A stretch of 48,829 bases of DNA, the filler included, from Sphacelaria rigidula (lineage: Eukaryota): assembly GCA_964200075.2 (NCBI GenBank). It is 3 parts of 3 records of this genome, joined end to end, with 100 filler letters (N's around TTAATTAATTAA, not from the genome) between each part and the next. Parts side by side here need not be neighbours in the genome. Positions count along the whole stretch, not along the records: positions 16,312 to 32,522 come from CAXNAA020001442.1; 2 more parts are not named here. One strand, 5' to 3'. Of the stretch, positions 23,260 to 32,622 are shown one piece after another; positions within the stretch are counted from its first letter, which is position 1, and each line of letters starts with the position of its first letter. Made by a program: the position numbers and the translations under genes. The notes beneath the pieces are model-generated. The model made no database searches. It had not been told where the DNA came from and saw only the letters and a program-made list of their open reading frames with translations.

Positions 23260-26200
23260 TAAGCACGCGCCCGGATGTACGTAAGGAAACCTATAGACTA
23301 CAGCATGACAGCCCACATATGGATCATGTCGAGCTTTTTTTGGCGATCTTTCTGTTTCTCTTCACATGGAAAAATCGCTCTTGTGCCCGTGACTGGATCC
23401 CTCGGGAGTCAGCGAAGATGGTGCAATCAAACCGTGTATCAATCAACCACAGTAATGCTGTGCTCGTTGATTTTTAACCCGCATTCGCGTAGACCCAAGT
23501 TTCGATTTACGCTATGTGCTGTTTCGATCACAAGAAGAGCAAGGACACAATCTGGAACACTCTCTCAGAACATGGTACTGAGAATAAATTTACTCGAAAA
23601 TTACATACACAGAAGAATCATTGGACGCTAGAGCAATGGTTTTCACGGTGATGGGATGATACGCACACAGAAGATCCTCATCAGTAGTGCGCTGTTTTAT
23701 GATGCCCGAGCGTTGATATTGGACTAAGGAAGTTCGTCAGTTTGAATTTTCGGTAATGCCTCTGGGCATGTCATTCGGAATTCGAACATTTTTTCGTCAC
23801 ATGTGAACACGGCTGGATCCCTGGGGGGTCAGTCAAAGTGCGACGATCAACGAACCAACCAATCAATCAACCAATCAATCAACTTTGTCACCCCTTTCGC
23901 CCTTGTTAGTCGGTCGTTCCCATTTATGCGGTCATTTTCCGTTCTCTCTGGTTACGTTTTGGTTCCATTATGCGGGGCATACTAACAAGTTCGCGCTTTT
24001 GCAGGTACCGAAGCACTTACTCTTCGTTTTATAAGTGGAAGATTTTCTGTATTTAAATGAATAACATTTTCCCGTACCGTACTGTCCCTTACCATCACAT
24101 TGGGTTCACGGTACCAGTATGTTCACACAGTCAGACTTCACGAGCTGCCGGGAAGTTCTTAGTCACTACTACCATTGTAGCATTGCCACACCATTCGCGA
24201 GGTGTGTACGACAAGCGTTCAAATATATTACGCTCTCGCTGAGAAATGAGCATCAACAGAATGTTCGATAGTTGTATCGCTCCCCTCAGGTGAATTAGAG
24301 GTCACGATATTGTTGGATTAACATGTTTCATTCCCGCGTGTACCGTTCAACTTGAGTATTACCCAAAAATATCTCACGTTAGTCGTGATGATGTTGTTGC
24401 TGATGATGTTGTTGATGCACGCGTCGGGATCGGCGGTGGGGTTTTTGCCGTCGGCCCACATATCTTCCGCAGTGCCAATGTCTGACAAACAATAAGCGAA
24501 GAAGCGCAAAAAATGATGTTTAGACGTTCCATTGGATGAAATAAGGAAGGAAGTTGTCGTGATAAAGTTCCTGAGATTCGGAGGAAGGTGAATAGTCGAA
24601 TACACCCTTGAAGAGCAACAGCAGATATAGTGATCGGATACAAATTCCTTCCTGTTGAACAGCCGTCCCTACCATGTTTGTACAACGCCGGAGGTGTCAT
24701 CTACGGTATACCTCTACAGTAAAATGGGTTACTACGTCAAAACTCGGAAACTTACAAATTCCCTCCCCGGTCTTATCTCCTTCATTGTACCTGCAGCGCA
24801 GTCAAGCCGACGGCGTGTGAGCAGCATTGGCGGGGAGAAGGGACGGGGCACATGTTTACGACGTTGCCACACATTAAGTGATCCCCAGCAGACATAGCCT
24901 TTGACACAAAGTAGACGTACGCGAGGGAAACGAAACGAATCCACTCGCTAAAGAGGAAATCAGGCGCGTGTGGGGGGCGCACCCATTTGTTTCTTGCCTT
25001 AGTTGTATGACCATTGACCACGCATCCCTTTCGAGAGTACATACAAGTGTTTGTGAGGGGGGTGGAACGATCGGCGTTACTTGCAAAACGAACAACGGAG
25101 ACAAGGATAAACAAACTAAACAAAACGAACAACAGCAAGCCCAGGCACGAAACGGAAATGGAATACACACACGTAGAACTCGAGAACAATGGCACACGTT
25201 CGTGAATTTCAGGTATTTGACAAAGAGCTAACTGTATGTTCGTGATATCAGGAACGGTTTACGGGATAATAAATGGGTTTGAAATCGAACCTCCGCATAT
25301 GGCCGCCGATCTCTTTCAGGCAACTCTGGATTGACCGAGACTTTCGTGGAAGACGTCGTTTGTTTTATTGGAAGTTTGCGTATAGAAGAGGGAGATATGA
25401 TTTTTCTCCTACGGCGATTGGGATTAGCGACGGTGCCAAACCAAGAAAGAGAGTCTCTCTTTTTATACTATACTAGAGGCTCCTGTGTGCTGTCATCAGT
25501 TAGCTTTGGGGCGAGGGGCAGAAGGGACAGGCTAGCAGAATATCTGTACAACCAAAACAAGCCTTGGCGTCTACCGATAGATGTGCCCCACATCATTCCT
25601 ACCCCCTCCGACATGCACAATGACCTGCAGGGGTCAGGACCTTCATCTACAAGCATGTGATGCAAAAGCACTCTGCTGCAGTACTGTACCGATGTGCAGT
25701 GAGCGAACATGCCAGAAGTTGTCCAATGGTCCTCCGCAAAGACAATCTAGGGCAAAGACAATCTAGGGCAGAAGGCATGGCAGAACCTATACTACGAACC
25801 CGCTGCTATACATAAAAGGAGCACGGCCTACTATTTGCTCGGTACGCTCACACCGCACGCCCATCTAATCCACCGCAGTACTGCCTTGTACATGTGCAGT
25901 GCATCCTCTGCACTGAACTTTTGTTGTACTGTACTGTACTGTACTATTTTGACCTTGGGAATTCGTGATTCTCAATCAAACAATTATAATTCACCTTCCC
26001 TCAAGGTTTCACTCTCCGAAGTGATAGGTATCAGCTATGAAATCGAACGGATCAGCGAACCTTGGAATCAATTTTACCAAAAAGATCGCTGAACGTTTTT
26101 ACTCAGACGGTACATGTAGGAACGGAATCAGCAATGTTTGCCGGCAACCGAAAGAACACCAGGGAAGAATGTTCTCTCAAAGTACAGCGTAAAACAATGC

Positions 26201-29200
26201 CGGGAAGATTCAAGGTCTTATCCGTTCCACACACTTACACCGCAAGCCTTCGTAATTAGAACCGTCCGAAAAAAAGTTGAAATGTCCTGTCAAAGCTCAC
26301 CCTCAATAATCGAATCGCCACATCCAAGCCCTTTTCGAATTATCTAGCAAGTGTTTAGGGGGTAGGTGTACCCCATGATGATAACCTAGGACTAATATGT
26401 TCCGACTTCCTGCACGCAACTCCAGTTGCTGCCTATGCATGACTCCAACCTGAACCACCACACGCCATGCCTTCTGCATTAGATTGCCCCTGCGAAAAAA
26501 CACCGGACAGCTTCTGGCATGTTCGCTCACTGCACATCGGTTAAAAACGACAGTAGAGTGTTTTTGCATCACACGATCGTAAAGTAAGATCCTGACCCCT
26601 GCAGGTCATTGCGCGTGTTGGAGGAGGGTAGGAATGGTGTGGGGCACATCAATCTGCAGACGTCAAGGCCTTTTTATATGGTACAAATGTTCTGCTAGCC
26701 TGCCCCTTCTGCCCCTCGCCCCAAAGCTGGCTGATGACAGCACACAGCGGCCTCTAGTGTAGTATACAAAGAGAGACAAAGTTATCGACTTTCTTTCTTG
26801 GTTTGGCACCATCGCTAATCCCAATCGCCGTAGGGAAAACATCATATCTCCTTTTCTTTACGCAAGCTTGCAATGAAAAACAAATGACGTCTTCCACGAA
26901 ATTCTCGGCCGACTCAGTGTTACATACCTGTAAAAAATCAGCAGTCATATGCGAATGTTCGATTTTAAATCTATTCCTCATCTTAGGATCCGCTCTTGAT
27001 ATCACGACCATACTGTCAGCTGCAACCACCCATTGTACGCGATGTAGCCCCGCTCGTGGAGCACAACGGCCAACATTCATTTCAGTTGAGATATCCTATT
27101 TAGTGGGGCTAGCTGCCATCGCGAAAATCATACTCACACGAAGTCGAGGATACCGCAGTTGGTTATGGTGTTGCCGTCTATCTTGGCGTTTGTGACAAAG
27201 TCTCGTCAGAGGTAAGATGGCACGATAAAGTACACGCGCGCGAAAACATCAGGAAGACAGAGAGTGCGAAAAGGTGCGGGAAGGTGGAAACGAAAGCGGG
27301 AACTTAGGCCGGACAGCGTTAATGATTTGATGAAAGTGTCAACGATATTTTTGATGTCTTTGAATATAGTGCTTTCATAGCGCAGTGAGCGAGGTGACGC
27401 GAGGAGGGGAGGGGTGGGCCTACTCATTTATTGCTTGCCTTAGGCATTTGATCATTGACCACGCACCCCCTCGCGACGGATTCCAGTTCCTGATTAAAAC
27501 AGAGACACCCTCAGTGTTTGGACTCTCATCATGTTTCTCCTACAGTACACATATGACTTTTACATATCTTGTCCCCTTCGTGTTTTGCCGTCCATGGTGA
27601 CCATCTATTTACTAGTGTAGCGATTGTTTCCCCCCTGTTGTTTAATGTACCAAGCTATTTCATGCTATCTTTGTTCACTTCTCATGTTTCCCCCTCTCAA
27701 GGTCTCGCTCCTCCTTCCATAGTTCACGTTCTGCCACTAAATGAATCGTACTCTCTGTTGCTTTGCTAGAGGGGCAATTCTGCGCATGTACTCCCTCCCA
27801 ATCTCGACTATGATATAGTTCCTCCTTCTTTCTGGCAGGTCCAGGTCCTCCACCCGAAGTCGCTCTTCCAACGTTTTCGCGTCGTCCATTAGGTCGTGTA
27901 GATATGTTTTATCCTTGTCCGACACTTCCCACGGTAGCCCCCCCCCGGTCAAAAAGTGACTGATTTGGGGAAACACAATATTCACGTAATTCGAAATGAA
28001 AAAAGCGGAGCACAACGAGCAGCTGGGAATTCCCACGGTTGAATTCGTTTCCGTCAATGCCGCTCATATGAGGCGTTTCAAGAACCTGAAACCAAACATC
28101 AAGTGCTGTATGACTATTGTTTTCGTGACAGTTTTGGGCTGGGTTTTGGGGGGGGGGAATCGTAAAACGTGTCATCCCCTCTCAGTCCCCCGAATATATC
28201 AAGGTGCTCTTCCTCGTATACTTTGCGTCTTAGCGCTTGTTCCCCCCTTAATTCTCTGGCGTCTCTTAGCTTCGTTGTGTGCCCCCCACATTCCCCCATA
28301 GATATGATCTCGTTTTGGTTTCCACTCACGTCCTTCCATACTTTTTCGACTACGCTATCCCGGTTTATTCCAGCCTGCCTTTGCCCTCTTTCACTTTCTT
28401 TCATACAGCCCTATCAGCCATGGCTGGTAATATCTTTCTCGACCTATTCCTCACGTTGTATTGCCGTTTCAGTTTCTCCTCGTACAATGGTATCTTCCAC
28501 ACACAAGCTGTTCCATGTCCACACACAAGCTGTTCCATGTCCACACACAAACTGTGCCAAATTTGGAACTTTAAGTGTTCCGCGCCTTTAAAGGTTTCGA
28601 CCGCCGTGCACATCAGCTCGTCGTGTCTTTGGTTGCGCGGAAGGTTTCGACTCATCTGGTTACGACAGCTCTCGTAATACCTTGTTTCTGCTCGCTATCC
28701 CCACTATTCTACTATGTTATCAACATTTGTGCAAAAACCATATCTCAAATTTGGTGGGTACGTATGGCAAGCTCCGACAATATGCATCGTCACGGGTATA
28801 GTATATTGATACCACGAATATTTGCGGTAACATACTCACAGCGCAAACGCACGCACTCGTCCTCGGCGTTCTGGATGACCATGTTGCGGACAACTAGACC
28901 ATCTACGGCTGACAGGTACCCGCCGGCCCTCATCGTCCGTTCCTCAAGCCCTGCTCGGAACAGGTGCTCAATGAATACGATGATGTGCTCGGGCATTGTG
29001 ATTGTGGGAATATGGTCAGGCATTACCTCACAACGGATCTATGTGCTTTTAGGAGTACAAAAAATTACCGATGTAGTGGTGAAACAAAACATTGGGCATA
29101 AACGAATTGCGCGGGGTAGCATTTTGCGGAAGAGAAGGCCCCCTTCGTATCGAACTCGCACTGCGTATCGTTATACGACAAATGACATACCTCTCTGTTG

Positions 29201-29514
29201 ACTAAGCTGATGTTTTGCATCTTCTCTCAGCTTTACAATACTCATGAGTTCACGGGTTCATCTCTGAAAGCATATTCAATAATAAATTAGCTCATATGTG
29301 AGCGCCCTCCCCTTTTGTTTGCTGGTATCTGAGAGTTCCTATGAAACCGGGAGGGGGCAATCCCCAGTATGTGAACACACACCTTCGGGCAGCATGTTTG
29401 TACACTAAGACTGTTGTACGTCTCACCAATGACAAAGAGAAGCTTGGTGCGATATGCCGCCAGGTAGTTGGTGCTGTTGGCGTTCTCAATAACTTCTCCA
29501 TCAATGGTGAAATC
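17031..29514 (-). CDS. Right-handed parallel beta-helix (pectin-lyase-fold) protein, putative polysaccharide lyase-like; internal part of a multi-exon gene
   Basis: Six exons (29514-29427, 28950-28840, 27201-27138, 24790-24756, 24481-24378, 17121-17031; 493 nt) splice with compatible phases into DFTIDGEVIENANSTNYLAAYRTKLLFVIGLEERTMRAGGYLSAVDGLVVRNMVIQNAEDECVRLRYFVTNAKIDGNTITNCGILDFVYNEGDKTGEGIYIGTAEDMWADGKNPTADPDACINNIISNNIITTNGNEGVDMKEGTTGNIIENNEVYMQLDPEAA. It shows Asn/Ile ladder repeats and GEGIYIGT and EGVDMKEG motifs. Confidence 0.85.
17150..17427 (-). mobile_element. LINE (non-LTR retrotransposon) 3'-end fragment with a 60-bp tandem duplication
   Basis: Homologous to 27410-27620 and 24968-25036. 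The minus strand reads ILGDRWGPETAKQDGDKICK. 17161-17220 is duplicated at 17221-17280. Confidence 0.65.
18180..18945. repeat. Degenerate ~41-bp palindromic minisatellite with an embedded (TTAGGG)3
   Basis: GGTATGA-like motifs recur at ~41-bp spacing (e.g. 18523, 18564, 18688, 18729, 18771). The unit contains ACTCTACCC...GGGTAGAGT inverted halves. TAGGGTTAGGGTTAGGGTTAG lies at ~18267-18287. Confidence 0.65.
18972..19227. mobile_element. MITE (~256 bp), TG...CA-type termini, 2-bp TSD (AC)
   Basis: TIRs TGACACTTTCTACGATA...CCCCCCC / GGGGGGGGTATCATAGAAAGGGCCG, flanked by AC on both sides. Three copies in the window. Confidence 0.75.
21307..22070. repeat. Cluster of inverted fragments of a telomere-motif-bearing repeat, with hairpins
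   Basis: 21307-21404 is inverted relative to 21650-21746, and 21755-21826 is inverted relative to 21988-22063. Hairpins at 21741-21765 and 21889-21923. GGGTTA/TAACCC motifs are present. Confidence 0.6.
22699..22983. mobile_element. hAT-type MITE (285 bp) with an 8-bp TSD
   Basis: TIRs CAAAGGCTATGACATTATACATAGGTAG... / ...CTACCTATGTATAATATCATAGCCTTTG, with a perfect TSD CAGCAACA at 22691-22698 and 22984-22991. Confidence 0.88.
23197..23256. repeat. Compound microsatellite (AC)n(GC)n(AC)n
   Basis: Directly visible dinucleotide run. Confidence 0.95.
24378..24481 (-). CDS. Beta-helix gene exon (104 bp)
   Basis: TTGTCAG|AC-IGTAEDMWADGKNPTADPD...IITTN|GTGAGA. Confidence 0.85.
24756..24790 (-). 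CDS. Beta-helix gene micro-exon (35 bp)
   Basis: CTGCAG|G-YNEGDKTGEGI-T|GTAAGT. Confidence 0.8.
24968..25036 (-). mobile_element. Short LINE 3'-end fragment
   Basis: Matches 17221-17285. The minus strand reads SRKGCVVNGHTTKARNK. Confidence 0.6.
25226..27021. repeat. Long diverged inverted repeat (~420-bp arms 25226-25643 and 26586-27021)
   Basis: For example GATGTGCCCCACATCATTCCTACCC...GACCTGCAGGGGTCAGGA versus TCCTGACCCCTGCAGGTC...GGGTAGGAATGGTGTGGGGCACATC. The ORF track gives near-identical peptides on opposite strands. Confidence 0.85.
27138..27201 (-). CDS. Beta-helix gene exon (64 bp)
   Basis: ACGAG|AC-FVTNAKIDGNTITNCGILDF-GT|GTGAGT. Confidence 0.8.
27410..28480 (-). mobile_element. 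5'-truncated, decayed LINE (ORF2 C-terminal region), interrupted by a MITE
   Basis: Broken minus-strand frames KLKRQYNVRNRSRKILPAMADRAV / DSVVEKVWKD / EEEHLDIFGGLRG / KTYLHDLMDDAKTL / DLDLPERRR, and a degenerate zinc-knuckle-like segment. Its 3' end is shared with two other copies. Confidence 0.7.
27920..28174. mobile_element. MITE (TG...CA family) inserted into the LINE, 2-bp TSD (TC)
   Basis: Reverse-complement homologue of 18972-19227. Ends are CGACACTT... and ...CGTGTCA, flanked by TC on both sides. Confidence 0.75.
28499..28550. repeat. 22-bp tandem repeat (~2.4 copies)
   Basis: ACACACAAGCTGTTCCATGTCC twice plus a partial third copy. Confidence 0.85.
28840..28950 (-). CDS. Beta-helix gene exon (111 bp)
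   Basis: AGCAG|GG-LEER...DECVRLR-T|GTGAGT. Confidence 0.85.
29427..29514 (-). CDS. Beta-helix gene exon (88 bp)
   Basis: TTCCAG|DFTIDG...LLFVI-G|GTGAGA. Confidence 0.8.
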
Positions 29515-30877
29515 CTGGAATCGGGACATGATAATTGCAGGGAAGGGTTTATATCAGTATATGCATTTCCATGTGTGATCGCCGAGTTTGCGTACCCACC
29601 GCCCCGAACGAAGGACTGGGGCTGAACGCTTGACACAAAAGGGATACACCTACTGCTAGCTCTTGTTTTGTACAAATGATGGTGGATGCTCAGACTTTGG
29701 CTTCCGAAACACTGAATCTTCAAAATGAGGTTGGTAGTCATAGTAGGCTCATTCCGTATTCAGGTCAAGGAAACGCGGTAGGGCCAAGACCTAGGCATGG
29801 CGGGATTTTCGCGAACACGGCCCTGCCGGCATATATAAAATTTCCACCAAGTATTTTCACCACACCATTTTGTCCACCACAAGCACATCGGTTGTCGACA
29901 TATTGCTCAATAGCCAAAGAGGTGGTCGCTGAATTTCAGCGCCCGATACCTACCACAAGGAAACTGTATCCACTTGTCCTCGTGTAGAATGATAGGATCA
30001 CGTGAACGACAACGCTGTTGACCTGGTTGAAAACGCCCTCAACTTTCGAAGCAAGAGTCAAACATATTATGTTCCCGAAATCTCGCCAGCCACCGTAAGC
30101 TGCTTCGTCGGGCACTAGTCGTAGTGACAGAATGCCGCAAACCGTGGAATGTCCTCACGATGAATTTCATATCCCACTCATTTGGAGCTGCGTGGTGTCC
30201 TGAGAACGCGTGTCTCGGTTCATTTGCATGCCACGAAGAAACAAATGTTCGTGTTGAACTTCCAACCAGTCTCCATCGGTATGAGTCCATAGACGCAAAG
30301 GGTTGACCCATCTCTCCTCTGGTACACGCCTTGCACATTGGTTTCGCGGACTGGATCATTACTCTCGCAACGGCACGACTCTCGTCAAAAACAACATATT
30401 TGCTACTCACGCCCTCACGTTTTCAACGACTGGCACAAATATTGTCCGGGGACAAACCGAATGCACCTGCCGGTAAGCCGATCAGCATTCTTTTGTCCTA
30501 TGAGTTGAGCCAGCCACACAAACCGCATTCATTCGACGCACGATAACGTTTTCAGCTTTCGGAATGAGCCCGATATACGTATATCGCTGCGAATTGCAGG
30601 CCAACATGATGCATGCTCTGACGTTGAAGCAAATGGGGGAAATTCACTGCATAACACATGACCTCAACGGCGGAACCAGATTATACGAAAAATGTGTTTG
30701 TCGGGATTCGAACTCGTGACCATTCGCCCTCGTGAACACATCTCACATACTATTCAGATGTTAGAGTGCAGCGGTGTCACAAAGTAGTGGTATGCAATGC
30801 CTAATTTCACAAACCTTGAGCCGAACGTTTACAAGGACCTTCTGCCCGCAAAATCTATTTATTCCAAGAAAGCTGAG

Positions 30878-31232
30878 AAAGGTTTTCACACGTCGGACGA
30901 GTCATTACCTCCGAAACGAGTGCACTCGTGGGTGTTTCTTAGAAACAAAACGAGCAAGACTCGGGTGCTCGAGTCGTTTCTTCTTTTTACAACGAGAAAT
31001 GACTCGAGTGCTCGCCCTATTACGTTTTTTCCACAACGAGCAATGACTCGAGTGCTTGCCCTATTGATTTTTTCCACAACGAGTAATGAGTCGAATGCTT
31101 GCCCTACTACTTTTTTCCAAAACGAGCAATGATTTGAGTGCTCGCCCTATAACGTTTTACGGCCAACGAGCAGCTCAACGAGTGCGAGTGCCACGAGTCA
31201 TACTCGTGCTCGTCCGACGTGTAAAGATCTTT
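30878..31232. mobile_element. TIR-bounded non-autonomous element filled with a ~43-44-bp tandem repeat
   Basis: TIRs AAAGGTTTTCACACGTCGGACGAG / CTCGTCCGACGTGTAAAGATCTTT. Internal units AACGAGCAATGACTCGAGTGCTCGCCCTATT...TTTTCCAC start at ~30949, 30991, 31035, 31078, 31121. Confidence 0.7.
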
Positions 31233-32522
31233 TCATTTGATTTCATCGAGTCATACCATTCCCTGCTTTATTTCACAATTCATGTCCTCTTGAAGATATG
31301 TTTTCTTGATAGCTTCTGCTATTGTCCGGATATTGATGACATGAATCTCGTGTCCAAATTGAAGCCCTATACTCCTAAAAGTAAGCAGGGAAAAAGCATT
31401 GAACCGCTATCACCCACTCTTGGCCGGCCCTACCATTAGACTACCAGACCGCGATCAGTATCAAGTTTCAGGGTGACGAAATTACATGATATATCTTCAC
31501 TTCATTGTGTGATTTGAGTGGTATTACATGAGGGGTATTCAAAAGCATTCTCTGGTATGAATTGCCAGGGACGTCTGTCATGTTCTCTGAAGAACGACTC
31601 ATGAAATATGTGCGAAAGCGCCATAAATAATCTTACAATGTACTAGGAATATGCCAAATGGGTTTGAAATCGAGAATGTCCTGATCCAGATTCTTGCGTA
31701 GTGCCTACCTTTCGAAGTCGTCCGATGAGAAACATCTGGGCCTAAATATGAAATCCATACCGTGGTGTGACTCATTTAATGAAATGATCATTACATCACG
31801 GTAATCATACCTTGTAAACCTCCTATCAGACAAATACGATGAAGCTGCAAGGCATTACTTGCGGTGTCTTCTTCGTCAAAAAATCAGAACGTTTCGCCCT
31901 TTCGAACGTTGTGTGAATTCAGTCTGGTCCCGGTCAAGGTATCCTAGCGATGAGGCTGTAATACTTTACTTGCACCCAATTCGTTGATGGACTCGCTTTG
32001 AAGTCACCCCACTGGTTTACGCCCCTCGGATCCATTCATTTAACACTATTACAGTTTGGCTTGAGTCGAAACCATACTATCATGATTGAGATGACATCGA
32101 ACAAGATCATACAAGTTACCACCAGCGTAAGTTTGATTTTTGTCGGACAAAAACGCTCCAAGCTATGTACCCGATTATGTCTCCTGAAAAATTAGCAAGG
32201 GACTGTAACGCCTTGACACCCACTCCTTGTCGTGGCAATGACAGAAAACATCTCATCAAGATCACACCACTTATTACGTGTATTCTGAAGGGGGCTTGTT
32301 TCCCACTTTCCCGTTTTTTTTTAGTGAAATAGTGACAAATCAGCCAAAGCACCAAAATCAGTAAAGCTTGTCTTGCTGGAAATAGGTATTTGGAGGGGTT
32401 CTGCACCGGCTTGCGGGGGTCTTCACGCCGGGACCTAGAAAGCCAGCAAATGGCATATAATATTTGAAATATTCTTCGACAAATCAGAACAGCCTGGATT
32501 CGTTTTTGAGGTTCAACATTAG

Positions 32523-32622
32523 NNNNNNNNNNNNNNNNNNNNNNNNNNNNNNNNNNNNNNNNNNNNTTAATTAATTAANNNNNNNNNNNNNNNNNNNNNN
32601 NNNNNNNNNNNNNNNNNNNNNN
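32523..32622. other. Artificial assembly spacer (44 N + TTAATTAATTAA + 44 N)
   Basis: Identical to 16212-16311. Confidence 0.97.

Noticed and set aside
29952-30022. Candidate upstream exon of the beta-helix gene (VNSVVVHVILSFYTRTSGYSFLV|GTAGGT)
   Set aside because: Splice signals and phase are plausible, but the peptide shows no recognisable family motif.
30039-30410. ORF containing TFHGLRHS, resembling the tyrosine-recombinase HxLRH motif
   Set aside because: No downstream LGH...Y motif or upstream catalytic Arg box, and the ORF is short. Probably chance unless BLASTX shows otherwise.
30949-31175. CRISPR-like regularly spaced repeats
   Set aside because: The intervening parts are homologous rather than unique spacers, there are no cas genes, the context is eukaryotic, and the array is enclosed by TIRs.
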